DNA of 64,000 bases from Obrimoposthia wandeli (GCA_977020255.1 CDROCS010000882.1:62001-126000), one strand, 5' to 3'; positions 40,277 through 51,524 are shown, counted from the first letter of the stretch. Translations and numbers: made by a program. The notes: generated by a model from the sequence alone, not told the origin.

Positions 40277-41410
40277 ATGAAGATGTCTCAATCTCTCGAT
40301 CGGGTGCAAACAAGTGATTTCTCTGAGTTATCAGAGCTAATTCAAATAAACTCATATACAAAAAACAAAGCAGGTGTTGATAAGGTTGCCCAAATTTACT
40401 CGGCATGGATGCTAGCGTTAGGCTTTAAAGCCGAGCGTTACTGTCGCGAAATTATTGGTGACCACGTACTTTACCGCTCTCCCTCAGCTACCGGTAAGCG
40501 GGTTTTATTATTAGGACATTTCGATACGGTATTTCCGCCTAACACTTTTGAAGGTTTTTCAGAGGACAACGAATGGGTTTACGGCCCAGGAACATGTGAT
40601 ATGAAAGGGGGGAATTATGTTATTCTCAAAGCACTTAGGCATGTGAAAAGTATGCATGGTGAGATTAAAAACATCGATGTCCTTATGGTAAGTGATGAAG
40701 AAACAGGGAGTGACGATAGTAAACATGTAACAGCAAAAATAGCCAAAAACTATGAACTATGCTTAGTTTTCGAGGCTGCTGGGGTAGAAAATGAAATCGT
40801 CATAGCACGTAAAGGAGTTGCTACATTTCATATTGATATTAAAGGTAAAGCTGCTCATGCAGGTAATCATTACAGTGATGGTGTCAATGCTAATTTAGCA
40901 GCAGCGCATATGATCATTGAACTATCGTCTCTGACGCGATCTAGCTTTGGTACCACAGTCAATGCCGGAAAAGTTACTGGGGGCATTGGCGCTAATACTA
41001 TTTCGCCTAAGGCATCGATTAGTGTTGAAGCAAGGTTCACCAACAACGTAGAAAAGGATCGAGTTTTGAGTGAAATTGAACGCATAGCCACAACTTCATA
41101 TGTTAGGGGAACTAAAACCACATTTTCAGGCGGATTACAGCGTGATGTAATGCAAGCCAGTAGTAAACAAATGCTATTAATTACCCAACTTGAAGAAATT
41201 TTAGGACAGCCATTTAAGCTCGAGAAGCGAGGAGGTGTCAGTGATGCGAATGTAGTGTCTGCTTTAGGTATACCAACCCTTGATGGTTTTGGTCCATATG
41301 GAGACGGTGATCACACCATTAACGAACGTGCGAGTAAAAAAAGTTTACTGCAAAGAATTGATGCCGTAGGCAAAATTTTATTAGCATTTAACGGCGTGAA
41401 TGCTGATTGA
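40277..41410 (+). CDS. M20-family metallopeptidase, carboxypeptidase G2-like; start may be 40283
   Basis: LLGHFDTVF, GPGTCDMKGG, SDEETGS, VFEAA, GKAAHAG, GGVSDAN, DGFGP..DHT. Confidence 0.9.
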   Translation: MKMSQSLDRVQTSDFSELSELIQINSYTKNKAGVDKVAQIYSAWMLALGFKAERYCREIIGDHVLYRSPSATGKRVLLLGHFDTVFPPNTFEGFSEDNEWVYGPGTCDMKGGNYVILKALRHVKSMHGEIKNIDVLMVSDEETGSDDSKHVTAKIAKNYELCLVFEAAGVENEIVIARKGVATFHIDIKGKAAHAGNHYSDGVNANLAAAHMIIELSSLTRSSFGTTVNAGKVTGGIGANTISPKASISVEARFTNNVEKDRVLSEIERIATTSYVRGTKTTFSGGLQRDVMQASSKQMLLITQLEEILGQPFKLEKRGGVSDANVVSALGIPTLDGFGPYGDGDHTINERASKKSLLQRIDAVGKILLAFNGVNAD

Positions 41411-41855
41411 GTGAATTAAAAGTAGCCACTTAAACATAGCGCACCCTAGAACAGCATGGTTTTGTTAGCAAAATTGAAGAGGTACAATCTTGGAAGCGGG
41501 TATAGAGGCATCGTATTGTGAACTGTATTCGACTCGATGTTATTTTCGAATCTAACTATGCTCGCTAATTATCTATTGTTTTATTAACGTCTATCAAGCT
41601 ATAGGTTAACCCCGTAATCACTAGTCTACTGGATTAACCTCATTACTTTAAAAAAATTGTTCGCTTCAAATGTTGCCGCTATATAGAGATATCGTAAAAG
41701 AGGCTTTGCTAGTGCTGCATATTTACCTAAATTATGTTGTAAGCTAAATGTATAAATAAACTTTTGCTATACGCTTAATACTTAGAGACTCAATAACGTT
41801 GTATTGTCGACTGTAATGTTGATAAATGGCTAAGCGCGCTCATACTAAAATGTTG

Positions 41856-42449
41856 TTAAGTTGCTTGTTCAGCTAAAACATCGACACCGTGTTGCTTTAA
41901 TAGCTCAACGAGTTTGATCAAGGGTAAACCGATCAATGTATTTGGGTCATCACCTTCTAGTTTTTTGAATAAGCAAATACCTAATCCTTCACTCTTAAAA
42001 CTACCCGCACAGTTATAAGGTTGTTCAGCATGCAGGTAATTTTCGATATCACTAAGTGAAAGTTCATTAAAATGAACTAAGAAAGGTTCTATTACAGCCG
42101 TGGTGTAATCTAAACCGCTATCATAAACACATAGACCAGTATAAAAGGCGACGGTCTTATTGCTAAATTTTGTTAGTTGCTTAACCGCATTTTCAAAATT
42201 ATGAGGTTTACCAAGAATTTCACCATCACACATAGCAACTTGATCTGAACCTATAATTAACGCATCAGGGAATTCAACAGCAACCGCTTTCGCTTTTTCA
42301 ATGGCTAGACGTTTCACTAATTCAATGGGAGATTCACTTTCTAAAGCCGTTTCATCAACATTGGGTTTAGCACATTCAAACTCAAGATTAAGTTTCGCCA
42401 AAATCTCTTTGCGAAAAGGGGAGGTAGAGCCTAAAATTAGTTTTTTCAT
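41856..42449 (-). CDS. yceF: Maf-family nucleoside triphosphate pyrophosphatase YceF
   Basis: LILGSTSPFRK, IIGSDQV, GKP, CAGSFKSEGLG, LIGLPLI; divergent from yceD. Confidence 0.93.
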   Translation of the reverse strand: MKKLILGSTSPFRKEILAKLNLEFECAKPNVDETALESESPIELVKRLAIEKAKAVAVEFPDALIIGSDQVAMCDGEILGKPHNFENAVKQLTKFSNKTVAFYTGLCVYDSGLDYTTAVIEPFLVHFNELSLSDIENYLHAEQPYNCAGSFKSEGLGICLFKKLEGDDPNTLIGLPLIKLVELLKQHGVDVLAEQAT

Positions 42450-42568
42450 CAATATCACTCAAAATATAAACAGATTGAAGTTAATATATGGGCTATCTTG
42501 AATTTTTAAACAAATTTAGCTATTTTTCTTTTGACACAAGCTAGCAGGCACTTTATTATGCGCGCCTT

Positions 42569-43081
42569 ATGAAAAATCTTAAACTCCCGATAACGATAGA
42601 CCCATCCAGAAGCGCACAGCGAAAGTTAGTGTGTAACGGATACTTTGAAGTATCTGGGATGGATAGATTGCTTGCTGTGTGTGATGCACGAAGTGAGCAT
42701 GTGCAAGTCAATGCCAAATTTGATGTGGATGAACAGGGTTTGATAGCAATATCAGGCACCTCATCGGCAACGGTAGGGTTAACTTGTCAGCGATGTACTG
42801 AAGAGTTCGATCTGTTATTAGAAGTAGATTTTACTTTTAGTCCAGTGAAAGACGTGGAAGCTGAAGCTGAGTTGCCGTCATACTATGACGCAATCGAATT
42901 AGATGAAAATGGTGAGATTAACCTGCGAGAGTTAGTGGAAGATGAGTTTTTACTCGCTATTCCATTAATTCCAAGGCACTCAATTAAAGATTGTCAGGCT
43001 CCGTCTGATAGTGTTTGGGGCGAGTTGCCGGAAGAGCTAGAGAAACCGAATCCATTTGATGTATTGAAAAAACTTAAGTAG
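42569..43081 (+). CDS. yceD: 23S rRNA accumulation protein YceD (DUF177)
   Basis: LTCQRC, LVEDEFLLAIP, KPNPFDVLKKLK; upstream of rpmF. Confidence 0.93.
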   Translation: MKNLKLPITIDPSRSAQRKLVCNGYFEVSGMDRLLAVCDARSEHVQVNAKFDVDEQGLIAISGTSSATVGLTCQRCTEEFDLLLEVDFTFSPVKDVEAEAELPSYYDAIELDENGEINLRELVEDEFLLAIPLIPRHSIKDCQAPSDSVWGELPEELEKPNPFDVLKKLK

Positions 43082-43120
43082 TTAATTATTAACTAATAAC
43101 CAAATTTTTAGGAGTAGGCA

Positions 43121-43291
43121 ATGGCAGTTCAAAAGAGCAAAAAGTCTCGTTCAAGACGTGGCATGCGCCGTTCACATGACGCAGTAACGGCAACGCATTT
43201 ATCAACAGATCCAGTATCTGGTGAAACTCACCGTCGTCACCATGTAACAGCTGATGGCTTTTACAAAGGTGTTAAAGTAATCAATAAGTAA
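43121..43291 (+). CDS. rpmF: 50S ribosomal protein L32 (56 aa, missing from the ORF track)
   Basis: [56 protein letters not shown]; RBS ggag. Confidence 0.98.
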   Translation: MAVQKSKKSRSRRGMRRSHDAVTATHLSTDPVSGETHRRHHVTADGFYKGVKVINK

Positions 43292-43306
43292 TCTGTAAAG
43301 ATTACC

Positions 43307-44335
43307 TTGATTAATCTAACCATCGCGTTAGATGTTATGGGGGGCGATCAAGGCCCCCACGTAACACTTTCTGCTGCAATTCTCGCAGTAGAAAACCTTC
43401 CCAACCTTCACTTACTTTTGTGTGGTGACGAAACAGTCATTGTTAAAGCACTTTCAGAAAAACAGTTTTACCCTCATCCTAGAATAACCCTATTTCCTAC
43501 AACACAAGTCGTTGAAATGGATGATAAGCCTATTTTTGCCTTGCGTAATAAAAAGCAATCCTCAATGCGTAAAGCATTGGACTTGGTGCATGATGGCCAA
43601 GCACAAGCTTGTGTGAGTGCCGGTAATACCGGAGCACTCTTTTCAATGGCTCATTTTGTCTTAAAAACCTTACCGGGTGTAGAACGTCCAGCATTAATTT
43701 CTGCCTTGCCAAGTAATAAACCCGACCAGCATGTTTTTATGCTGGATTTAGGGGCGAATGTTTTTTGTGATTCGAATGTCTTGTATCAATTTGCCATTAT
43801 GGGCTCTGTCATGGCGAAAGAAGTCGACGGTATCGAAAATCCGAAAGTTGCATTGTTGAATATGGGTGAAGAAGACAACAAAGGTAGTGATCATATTAAG
43901 CAAGCTGCCAGCTATTTGCAGGCAAATGATGAGATTAATTACATCGGCTTTATAGAAGGTAATGATATTTTTACTAACAAAGCTGATGTTATCGTTTGTG
44001 ACGGCTTTGTTGGTAATGTGGCGTTGAAAACTTGTGAAGGTGTGGCAAGAATGGTCTACATGCAGCTACAAGAAATCATCAAAAAGCACTTTTTAGCGAA
44101 AATAATGGGTAAATTGTTATCAAGTACCTTAAAAAAGCTGTTTAAACCCATGAACCCCGACCAGTATAACGGTGCAAGTTTGATAGGATTGCGCGGTATT
44201 GTGGTGAAGAGCCATGGTAACGCCAATATAACGGCTTTTTATACCGCTATTATTGAAGCTGTTACCGAAGTTGAGCGCCAAGTACCTGCAAAAATTAAAG
44301 ATAAGCTTGAGCATGGTTTATGTCATAAAGAATAA
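43307..44335 (+). CDS. plsX: Phosphate acyltransferase PlsX
   Basis: [38 protein letters not shown]. Confidence 0.97.
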   Translation: MINLTIALDVMGGDQGPHVTLSAAILAVENLPNLHLLLCGDETVIVKALSEKQFYPHPRITLFPTTQVVEMDDKPIFALRNKKQSSMRKALDLVHDGQAQACVSAGNTGALFSMAHFVLKTLPGVERPALISALPSNKPDQHVFMLDLGANVFCDSNVLYQFAIMGSVMAKEVDGIENPKVALLNMGEEDNKGSDHIKQAASYLQANDEINYIGFIEGNDIFTNKADVIVCDGFVGNVALKTCEGVARMVYMQLQEIIKKHFLAKIMGKLLSSTLKKLFKPMNPDQYNGASLIGLRGIVVKSHGNANITAFYTAIIEAVTEVERQVPAKIKDKLEHGLCHKE

Positions 44336-44448
44336 TTTTTTTTTGAACATGAATGTTGTGTGAATAAAGCTTAAAGAATTACAGCGGTGCAGAACATTGA
44401 ATGATTTGCGCTGTCATAGTTAAAAATCAAATATAATTAGGTCTAATA

Positions 44449-45384
44449 ATGCAAAATAATTTAGCGTTTGTCTTTCCCGGTCAAGGTTCGCAGTCTCTAG
44501 CGATGTTGGCAGATTTTGCTGAGCATGAAGTGGTACAAAGTACGTTTACAGAAGCATCTTCGGCATTGGGTTACGATTTATGGCAATTAGTTCAACAAGG
44601 CCCTGTTGAGAAGTTAAATCAAACTAACTTTACTCAACCTGCACTATTAACAGCAAGTGTCGCACTATGGCGCTTATGGCATGCTAAATCATCGGTAACG
44701 CCGGCCTTATTGGCGGGTCACAGTTTAGGTGAGTACTCTGCATTAGTATGTGCAGGTGTATTGTCTCTAGCTGATGCCGTTACATTAGTAGAAAAGCGTG
44801 GTGAATTTATGCAAGCATCGGTACCTGAAGGTGTTGGTGCTATGGCGGCTGTTATTGGTCTTGATGACCAAATCATCATTGAAGCCTGCTTAAAGGCGGC
44901 TGATGATGAAGTTGTTTCTGCGGTGAATTTTAATTCGCCTGGTCAAGTGGTGATCGCTGGCCATAAAGCAGCGGTTGAACGTGCTGGTGTATTATGTAAA
45001 GAAGCGGGCGCAAAACGCGTGTTGCCTTTACCTGTTAGTGTGCCATCACATTGTGCCTTAATGAAAGATGCCGCTCAAAAACTAGCCGAAGCATTTAACA
45101 ATGTCACGTTTAATGAACCCAATATCCCCGTGGTTAACAATGTTGATGTAATCGCCGAAACATCGGTTGATGCTATCAAAACAGCGTTAATCAAACAGTT
45201 GTATAGTCCAGTGCGTTGGACCGAAACTGTTCAGTATTTAGCACAACACGGTGTTAATAATGTTATTGAAGCAGGACCGGGTAAAGTATTACAAGGTTTG
45301 TTGAAACGCATTGATAAAACCATTAGTTGTCAAACTGTTAATGACACAGCGTCATTAACTAAAGCCTTAGCTTCAGTCGAGTAA
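44449..45384 (+). CDS. fabD: Malonyl-CoA:ACP transacylase
   Basis: FPGQGSQ, GHSLGEYS, VSVPSHC. Confidence 0.98.
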   Translation: MQNNLAFVFPGQGSQSLAMLADFAEHEVVQSTFTEASSALGYDLWQLVQQGPVEKLNQTNFTQPALLTASVALWRLWHAKSSVTPALLAGHSLGEYSALVCAGVLSLADAVTLVEKRGEFMQASVPEGVGAMAAVIGLDDQIIIEACLKAADDEVVSAVNFNSPGQVVIAGHKAAVERAGVLCKEAGAKRVLPLPVSVPSHCALMKDAAQKLAEAFNNVTFNEPNIPVVNNVDVIAETSVDAIKTALIKQLYSPVRWTETVQYLAQHGVNNVIEAGPGKVLQGLLKRIDKTISCQTVNDTASLTKALASVE

Positions 45385-45389
45385 ATTAT

Positions 45390-46124
45390 ATGTTTTCATT
45401 AGAAGGTAAAGTCATCTTAGTTACAGGTGCAAGTCGTGGTATTGGTAAGGCTATCGCCTCACAACTTAAAGCCCTAGGTGGTAATGTTATCGGTACAGCA
45501 ACATCTGAGCACGGTGCAGCCAATATTAGTGAGTATTTGGGTGAAGGGCAGGGGTTAGTCTTAAATGTTACTGATGATGCCTCAATTAGTGCCATGTTTG
45601 ATTTAATCAAAGAAAAGCATGGTGCAATCGATATTTTGGTCAATAATGCGGGTATAACACGTGATAATTTGATGATGCGCATGAAAGATGATGAATGGAA
45701 TGATATTATTGATACTAATCTGACGTCTGTTTTTAAAATCAGTAAAGCGGTGCTACGCGCTATGATGAAAAAGCGTAATGGCCGTATTATTAATATTGGT
45801 TCAGTGGTTGGTACTATGGGTAATGCTGGGCAAGTTAACTATGCGACTGCAAAAGCTGGTTTAATTGGTTTTACTAAATCATTGGCTCGTGAAGTAGCTT
45901 CTCGTGGCATAACAGTGAATACAGTCTCTCCTGGTTTCATTGATACTGACATGACACAAACGTTGACTGATGAGCAAAAAGAAGGCATTTTTGCACAAGT
46001 TCCGGCAAATCGTTTAGGTAAGCCTGAAGAAATTGCTCATGCTGTTGCTTTCTTAGCATCTGATTCAGCAGCATATATTACGGGCGAAACATTGCACGTA
46101 AATGGCGGTATGTACATGGTTTAA
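45390..46124 (+). CDS. fabG: 3-oxoacyl-ACP reductase
   Basis: VTGASRGIG, NNAGITRD, YATAK, VNGGMYM. Confidence 0.98.
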   Translation: MFSLEGKVILVTGASRGIGKAIASQLKALGGNVIGTATSEHGAANISEYLGEGQGLVLNVTDDASISAMFDLIKEKHGAIDILVNNAGITRDNLMMRMKDDEWNDIIDTNLTSVFKISKAVLRAMMKKRNGRIINIGSVVGTMGNAGQVNYATAKAGLIGFTKSLAREVASRGITVNTVSPGFIDTDMTQTLTDEQKEGIFAQVPANRLGKPEEIAHAVAFLASDSAAYITGETLHVNGGMYMV

Positions 46125-46288
46125 CAAGAGTTCGCTTTTTGCTTACTTTGTGTTAGATTTGAATAAATAATAAACTGCCTACAGGTTTGACCAGCGAGAA
46201 AGTAAAATTAGAAGCTTGCATGGTTGGCATTTGGCGAATAAACTACACACAATTCTGAAAAATTGTATTTTCTAGTAAAGGAAAAAAA

Positions 46289-46522
46289 ATGAGTACTATC
46301 GAAGAACGCGTTAAAAAAATTACTATTGAGCAACTTGGTGTAAGTGAAGATCAAGTAAAAGTTGAAGCTTCATTTGTTGATGACTTAGGTGCTGACTCTT
46401 TAGACACTGTTGAATTAGTAATGGCGTTAGAAGAAGAATTTGATACTGAAATTCCAGATGAAGAAGCTGAGAAAATTACAACAGTTCAAGCAGCAATCGA
46501 TTACGTTACTGCTAACCAGTAA
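46289..46522 (+). CDS. acpP: Acyl carrier protein
   Basis: [20 protein letters not shown]. Confidence 0.99.
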   Translation: MSTIEERVKKITIEQLGVSEDQVKVEASFVDDLGADSLDTVELVMALEEEFDTEIPDEEAEKITTVQAAIDYVTANQ

Positions 46523-46544
46523 TAGTAAACGAATGTGATTGATT

Positions 46545-46577
46545 TCAGGCGGTTTAATTACCGCCTGATTTGTTTTT
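46545..46577 (+). terminator. Terminator after acpP
   Basis: tcaggcggt-ttaatt-accgcctga followed by tttgttttt. Confidence 0.8.
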
Positions 46578-46683
46578 ATTGTTTGAAAAATATTAATTAC
46601 TTTTTTAATTCATAAATAAGTGGTTTAGATTAGTTCTATATAACACCCGCTATTATTCAATTCTATCGGAGGCAGCAAATCTC

Positions 46684-47916
46684 ATGAGACGCGTTGTAGT
46701 TACCGGTCTTGGCATGCTTAGCCCTTTAGGCAACAGCCCTGAATCAACCTGGCAAAACTTATTACTTGGCAAAAGTGGTATTTCTGACATTACCCATTTC
46801 GATACGTCAGCGTATCCAACACGGTTTGCAGGTTTAGTTAAAGATTTTGATGCACAAGACTATATGGCTCGTAAAGAAGCCAAAAAAATGGATTTATTTA
46901 TTCAATATGGCGTTGCCGCTGGCGTGCAAGCTATTAAAGACTCTGGTTTAGATATCACGGAAGAAAATGCTCAACGGATCGGTGTAGCTGTCGGCTCAGG
47001 CATTGGTGGTTTAGGCCTTATTGAAGAAAATCATGCCAAGTTATTAAAAAATGGCCCTCGTAAACTGTCGCCATTTTTTGTTCCTTCTACCATTATCAAC
47101 ATGATTGCGGGCCATTTATCTATTATGTTTGGTCTTAAAGGCCCAAATATTTCTATTGTTACGGCTTGTACCAGTGGCGTACATAACATCGGACATGCCG
47201 CGCGTATGATCGCCTATGGTGATGCTGATGCTATGGTTGCTGGTGGTGCAGAAAAAGCTTCCACTACATTAGGTATGGGCGGTTTTGGTGCTGCACGTGC
47301 TATGTCGACACGTAATGATGCTCCACAAGAGGCTTCACGCCCTTGGGACAAAGACCGAGACGGTTTTGTGTTAGGCGATGGTGCTGGTGTGCTGGTACTT
47401 GAAGAATACGAACATGCGAAAGCACGTGGTGCAAACATTTATGCTGAACTCGCTGGTTTTGGCATGAGCGGTGACGCATATCATATGACTTCACCTCCGG
47501 CAGATGGTGCTGGTGCTGCCTTAGCGATGAAAAATGCCATTAATGATGCCAAAGTTGATATTGCTAAAATTGGTTATATTAATGCACATGGTACTTCAAC
47601 ACCTGCAGGTGATATCGCTGAAACCAATGCCGTTAAATCTGTTTTTGGTGATTTAGCTCATCAGGTTATGGTGGGCTCGACTAAATCAATGACTGGCCAT
47701 TTATTGGGTGCTGCTGGTGCAGTAGAAGCAATCTTTAGTATTCAAGCATTAGCTAATGGTGCTGTACCGCCAACGATTAATCTAGATAATCCTGATGAAG
47801 GTTGTGATCTAGACTATGTTGCTCATACTGCACGCGATGCCAATTTAGATTATGTTTTGTGTAATTCATTTGGTTTTGGTGGCACTAACGGCTCACTGAT
47901 CTTTAAAAAAATCTAA
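46684..47916 (+). CDS. fabF: Beta-ketoacyl-ACP synthase II
   Basis: [30 protein letters not shown]. Confidence 0.97.
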   Translation: MRRVVVTGLGMLSPLGNSPESTWQNLLLGKSGISDITHFDTSAYPTRFAGLVKDFDAQDYMARKEAKKMDLFIQYGVAAGVQAIKDSGLDITEENAQRIGVAVGSGIGGLGLIEENHAKLLKNGPRKLSPFFVPSTIINMIAGHLSIMFGLKGPNISIVTACTSGVHNIGHAARMIAYGDADAMVAGGAEKASTTLGMGGFGAARAMSTRNDAPQEASRPWDKDRDGFVLGDGAGVLVLEEYEHAKARGANIYAELAGFGMSGDAYHMTSPPADGAGAALAMKNAINDAKVDIAKIGYINAHGTSTPAGDIAETNAVKSVFGDLAHQVMVGSTKSMTGHLLGAAGAVEAIFSIQALANGAVPPTINLDNPDEGCDLDYVAHTARDANLDYVLCNSFGFGGTNGSLIFKKI

Positions 47917-47987
47917 ACGCTGTAACACAGAAGTGATATTATAGGATCAAGGGTATTTATTTTAATACAGCTTGAATTCAAAAGCTT

Positions 47988-48024
47988 AAGCCTGAATACT
48001 GACTTTATGTATTCGGGCTTTTTT
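47988..48024 (+). terminator. Terminator after fabF
   Basis: aagcctgaatac-loop-gtattcgggctttttt. Confidence 0.8.
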
Positions 48025-48042
48025 ATGGTAATTATTACAATT

Positions 48043-48825
48043 ATGGCATTAAGTTTTGTAAACGGAAAAATAGCTGACTCAATCGCCATTAGTGATCGTG
48101 GCTTAGCCTATGGCGATGGTTGTTTTACCACCGCACTTATTATGGCTGGCAAGGTCGTTATGTTAGCGCAGCATCTACAGCGTTTAGTTCAACAAAGCCG
48201 ACAACTGGGGTTACCATCGTTTGATGTTGATGTGCTAGCAACAGATATGCTGATGGCGAGTGAAGGCATTGCTAAGGGTATTGTAAAAGTTATTATTACC
48301 AGCGGCAGTGGTGGACGTGGCTATTCACGTATTGGCGTAGCGCAGGCGAGCGTGATCATCTCCGTGCATGACTATCCGAACATTTATCCACAATGGCAAA
48401 AAGAAGGCATCTGTGTTGGTATTAGTGAACTAAAACTGGGCATTAATCCGATGCTAGCGGGTATTAAACACTTAAATCGTTTAGAGCAAGTGCTGTTAAG
48501 AGCTGAATTAGATAAACGTTCGGAGGACGACCTCCTCGTTAGTGATATTAATGGCCATGTTATTGAATGTTGCAGCGCGAATGTTTTTTGGTTAACGACA
48601 GGGCAATGGCAAACGCCACAGCTAACAACGGCTGGTGTGGCAGGGCTGATGCGAGCAAATATATTGCAAAACAACCATAATATCGAACAGGGGAATTATT
48701 CCCTCTCAACTCTGGTTAATATCGACGCTATGTTTATTACTAATGCCATTTTAGGTATAGTGCCGGTCAAGTTATTTAATGGTAAAAAACTTGATATTTC
48801 TCTGGTTCAACTTATAAAAAGATGA
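48043..48825 (+). CDS. pabC: Aminodeoxychorismate lyase
   Basis: DRGLAYGDGCFTT, GIKHLNRLEQV, ECCSANVF. Confidence 0.93.
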   Translation: MALSFVNGKIADSIAISDRGLAYGDGCFTTALIMAGKVVMLAQHLQRLVQQSRQLGLPSFDVDVLATDMLMASEGIAKGIVKVIITSGSGGRGYSRIGVAQASVIISVHDYPNIYPQWQKEGICVGISELKLGINPMLAGIKHLNRLEQVLLRAELDKRSEDDLLVSDINGHVIECCSANVFWLTTGQWQTPQLTTAGVAGLMRANILQNNHNIEQGNYSLSTLVNIDAMFITNAILGIVPVKLFNGKKLDISLVQLIKR

Positions 48826-49859
48826 AAACTACATTGCAAAATTTACCCGTTATGGTGAGAAGAACGTTAATTACCTTAGTCATATTTTTGTTATTGGCTA
48901 TTGCTGCACTGGTTACGGTCGTGACACTATCTCAAATGAAAGTTCAACAGCCATTAACCATCGAGCAAACCGAGTTTATTACCATTAAACCGGGCACTTC
49001 ATTTAATGCTTTTTCAAAGCAACTGATCAGTAAAGGTTGGTTAGAAAATCGTTTTTGGTTGCGTAGCTATGTCAAGTTTAACCCTGAACAAAGTAAAATA
49101 AAGTCAGGTACCTATCAGGTACGAGCAAATATGTCTGTACTTGAGCTGCTTAATTTAGTGGTATCAGGTAAAGAATATCAATTTTCAATTACTTTTATTG
49201 AAGGGAGTACTTTCAAGCAAGTGCTAGCACAGTTAGCACAGCATCCGCATATAACACAGCAACTGGCTAATTTAACGGTAGCTGGCGTTGCAAGAAAACT
49301 CGCTATTTCGCAAGATAATCCAGAGGGTTGGCTTTACCCTGATACGTATGCGTTCACGCAAGATACCAGCGATATCAGCATTATTAAACGTGCTTATGAT
49401 AAAATGCAAAATGAATTGAATAGCCAATGGCAAAATAGAGCGCAAGGTTTACCCTATAAAACGCCTTATGAAGCATTGATCATGGCGTCAATTATTGAAA
49501 AAGAAAGTGGTCGTCATACTGAGCATCCTCGTATCGCTTCGGTATTTATTAATCGCTTAAATAAAAAAATGCGCTTACAAACCGATCCAACCGTTATTTA
49601 TGGCCTTGGTGAACGTTACCAAGGCGATATAACCTATGCACATTTACGCGAAAAAACAGTTTATAATACTTATAAAATAAAAGGCTTACCGCCAACACCT
49701 ATTGCTTTACCCGGAGCTCAGGCTTTAGAAGCTGCTATGCAGCCAGAAATCAGCGACTATTTCTATTTTGTCAGTAATGGTGCCGGTGAACATATATTTT
49801 CAAAGAATTTAGCCGATCATAACCGTGCGGTAACTAAGTATCAGCGTAAGAAAAAATAG
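48822..49859 (+). CDS. mltG: Endolytic transglycosylase MltG
   Basis: EGWLYPDTY, ASIIEKE, LQTDPTVIYG, GLPPTPI. Confidence 0.95.
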   Translation: MKTTLQNLPVMVRRTLITLVIFLLLAIAALVTVVTLSQMKVQQPLTIEQTEFITIKPGTSFNAFSKQLISKGWLENRFWLRSYVKFNPEQSKIKSGTYQVRANMSVLELLNLVVSGKEYQFSITFIEGSTFKQVLAQLAQHPHITQQLANLTVAGVARKLAISQDNPEGWLYPDTYAFTQDTSDISIIKRAYDKMQNELNSQWQNRAQGLPYKTPYEALIMASIIEKESGRHTEHPRIASVFINRLNKKMRLQTDPTVIYGLGERYQGDITYAHLREKTVYNTYKIKGLPPTPIALPGAQALEAAMQPEISDYFYFVSNGAGEHIFSKNLADHNRAVTKYQRKKK

Positions 49860-49898
49860 CGTTAATTGTTAATTACACATATTTTGGAAAAATTAAAA

Positions 49899-50531
49899 AT
49901 GAATAAAGGTAAGTTTATTGTTGTCGAAGGCATAGAAGGCGCAGGCAAATCTTCAGCAATTTGCGTTATCGAAGCGGTGTTAACTCAACATAGCATCCCT
50001 TTTATAAAAACACGTGAACCCGGTGGCACACCATTAGCTGAGGCATTACGTGATATCGTTAAGTCAGCCTGTCATGATGAAGAACTCACACAAGAAACAG
50101 AGTTGTTGCTAATGTATGCCAGTCGAAGTCAATTACTCGCTAATCGTATTTTACCTGCGTTAGCAAAAGGGACTTGGGTTATTGGTGACCGCCACGATTT
50201 GTCATCACGCGCCTACCAAGGTGGTGGAAGACAATTTGATGATAAAATAATGAATGCAATTGCCGATGTGACATTAAAAGGCTTTACCCCTGACTTAACG
50301 CTTTATCTTGATATTTCACCAGAGCTAGGTCTTGGTCGTGCACAAGCACGTGGTGAATTAGATCGTATCGAATTAGAGAAAATTGAATTTTTTGAAAGAG
50401 TGAGAAATAAGTATTTAGCCTTAGCACAAGCCTCTGAAACAACTGATATTATCGATGCTAGTCAAGATATGCCCGCTGTGCATAACGATGTTGCGAAGGC
50501 TGTTGAAGCTTTCATTAATGGTCCAGGGTAA
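49899..50531 (+). CDS. tmk: Thymidylate kinase
   Basis: VEGIEGAGKS, TREPGGT, DRHDLSSRAYQG. Confidence 0.97.
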   Translation: MNKGKFIVVEGIEGAGKSSAICVIEAVLTQHSIPFIKTREPGGTPLAEALRDIVKSACHDEELTQETELLLMYASRSQLLANRILPALAKGTWVIGDRHDLSSRAYQGGGRQFDDKIMNAIADVTLKGFTPDLTLYLDISPELGLGRAQARGELDRIELEKIEFFERVRNKYLALAQASETTDIIDASQDMPAVHNDVAKAVEAFINGPG

Positions 50532-50534
50532 TCA

Positions 50535-51470
50535 ATGAAAACGTGGTTACTGAATGTTCAGCAACAGCTATCGCGGCAAATTCGTGATAACAAACTTCCT
50601 CATGCGTTATTGCTATCAGGAGTCTCTGGTGCCGGTCAGGAAGATATTGCCCATTGGCTGGTTAATGTCTTGTTATGTCAAAATTTAAGAACAGATAATG
50701 ACGTTTTTATTTTCCAACCTTGTGGTCATTGCAAAACGTGTCAGCTGTTTGCTAATAATAGCTATCCCGATCATCTCTCTATTGTTAATGACAAAAGTAC
50801 TATCGGCGTTGACGCTATACGTAAGTTAAGTCAATTTTTTGAGAGAACAGCTCACATCGGACAAGCAAAAACAGCCGTGGTTAACCATGCTGACACCATG
50901 ACAATTTCAGCAGCTAATGCTTTATTGAAAACCTTAGAAGAGCCAACATCAGACAGTTATATTATTTTGACAACCGATAGTAGCGATACGTTACTACCCA
51001 CGATTATTAGTCGATGTCAGAAAATTGAAATACGCCCGCCTGTAGGCGATAAATTACTTGCTGAATATAGTAAGCAAGGTGATGATGCGTTTATTAACCT
51101 TAGTCACTTGAACGAATTAACTGACGAAGCTGCTGCGGTGGAATTTTTAGCCTTTCGTGATAAGGTCGAACAATATTTATATAGCGGTCAATGTCGCGCT
51201 GAAATACTCACCGTTTTGGTTAGTCATCAGGAAGGTTATCGTTGGCTAGAAAAAGTCCTTGTCGATGTCATGCGCGCACAATGGGGCTGGAAATTGCAAC
51301 ACCAGCAAGCAGATCCGAGTCATGTTGTTGATAAACAAACCTTGTGGCTAATATATCAGTTAGTACAGAAGGCAAACACCAAATTAAAGACCTTAGTGCA
51401 AGTAAATCGACAATTCTTAAGCGAAAAGCTACTGAGCGATATTAGTACTGTAGCCAAGGCCAGCAGGTAA
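50535..51470 (+). CDS. holB: DNA polymerase III delta' subunit
   Basis: HALLL, CGHCKTC, AANALLKTLEEP, LPTIISRCQ. Confidence 0.93.
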   Translation: MKTWLLNVQQQLSRQIRDNKLPHALLLSGVSGAGQEDIAHWLVNVLLCQNLRTDNDVFIFQPCGHCKTCQLFANNSYPDHLSIVNDKSTIGVDAIRKLSQFFERTAHIGQAKTAVVNHADTMTISAANALLKTLEEPTSDSYIILTTDSSDTLLPTIISRCQKIEIRPPVGDKLLAEYSKQGDDAFINLSHLNELTDEAAAVEFLAFRDKVEQYLYSGQCRAEILTVLVSHQEGYRWLEKVLVDVMRAQWGWKLQHQQADPSHVVDKQTLWLIYQLVQKANTKLKTLVQVNRQFLSEKLLSDISTVAKASR

Positions 51471-51524
51471 AAACAATGTGTAAAATATGCATGAAAGCAA
51501 CGAGTAGACAATAGAGGGATTATT

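Noticed and set aside
41803-41812. Extra ATTGTCGAC site near yceF
   Set aside because: Only half of the palindrome matches and it lies downstream of convergent genes
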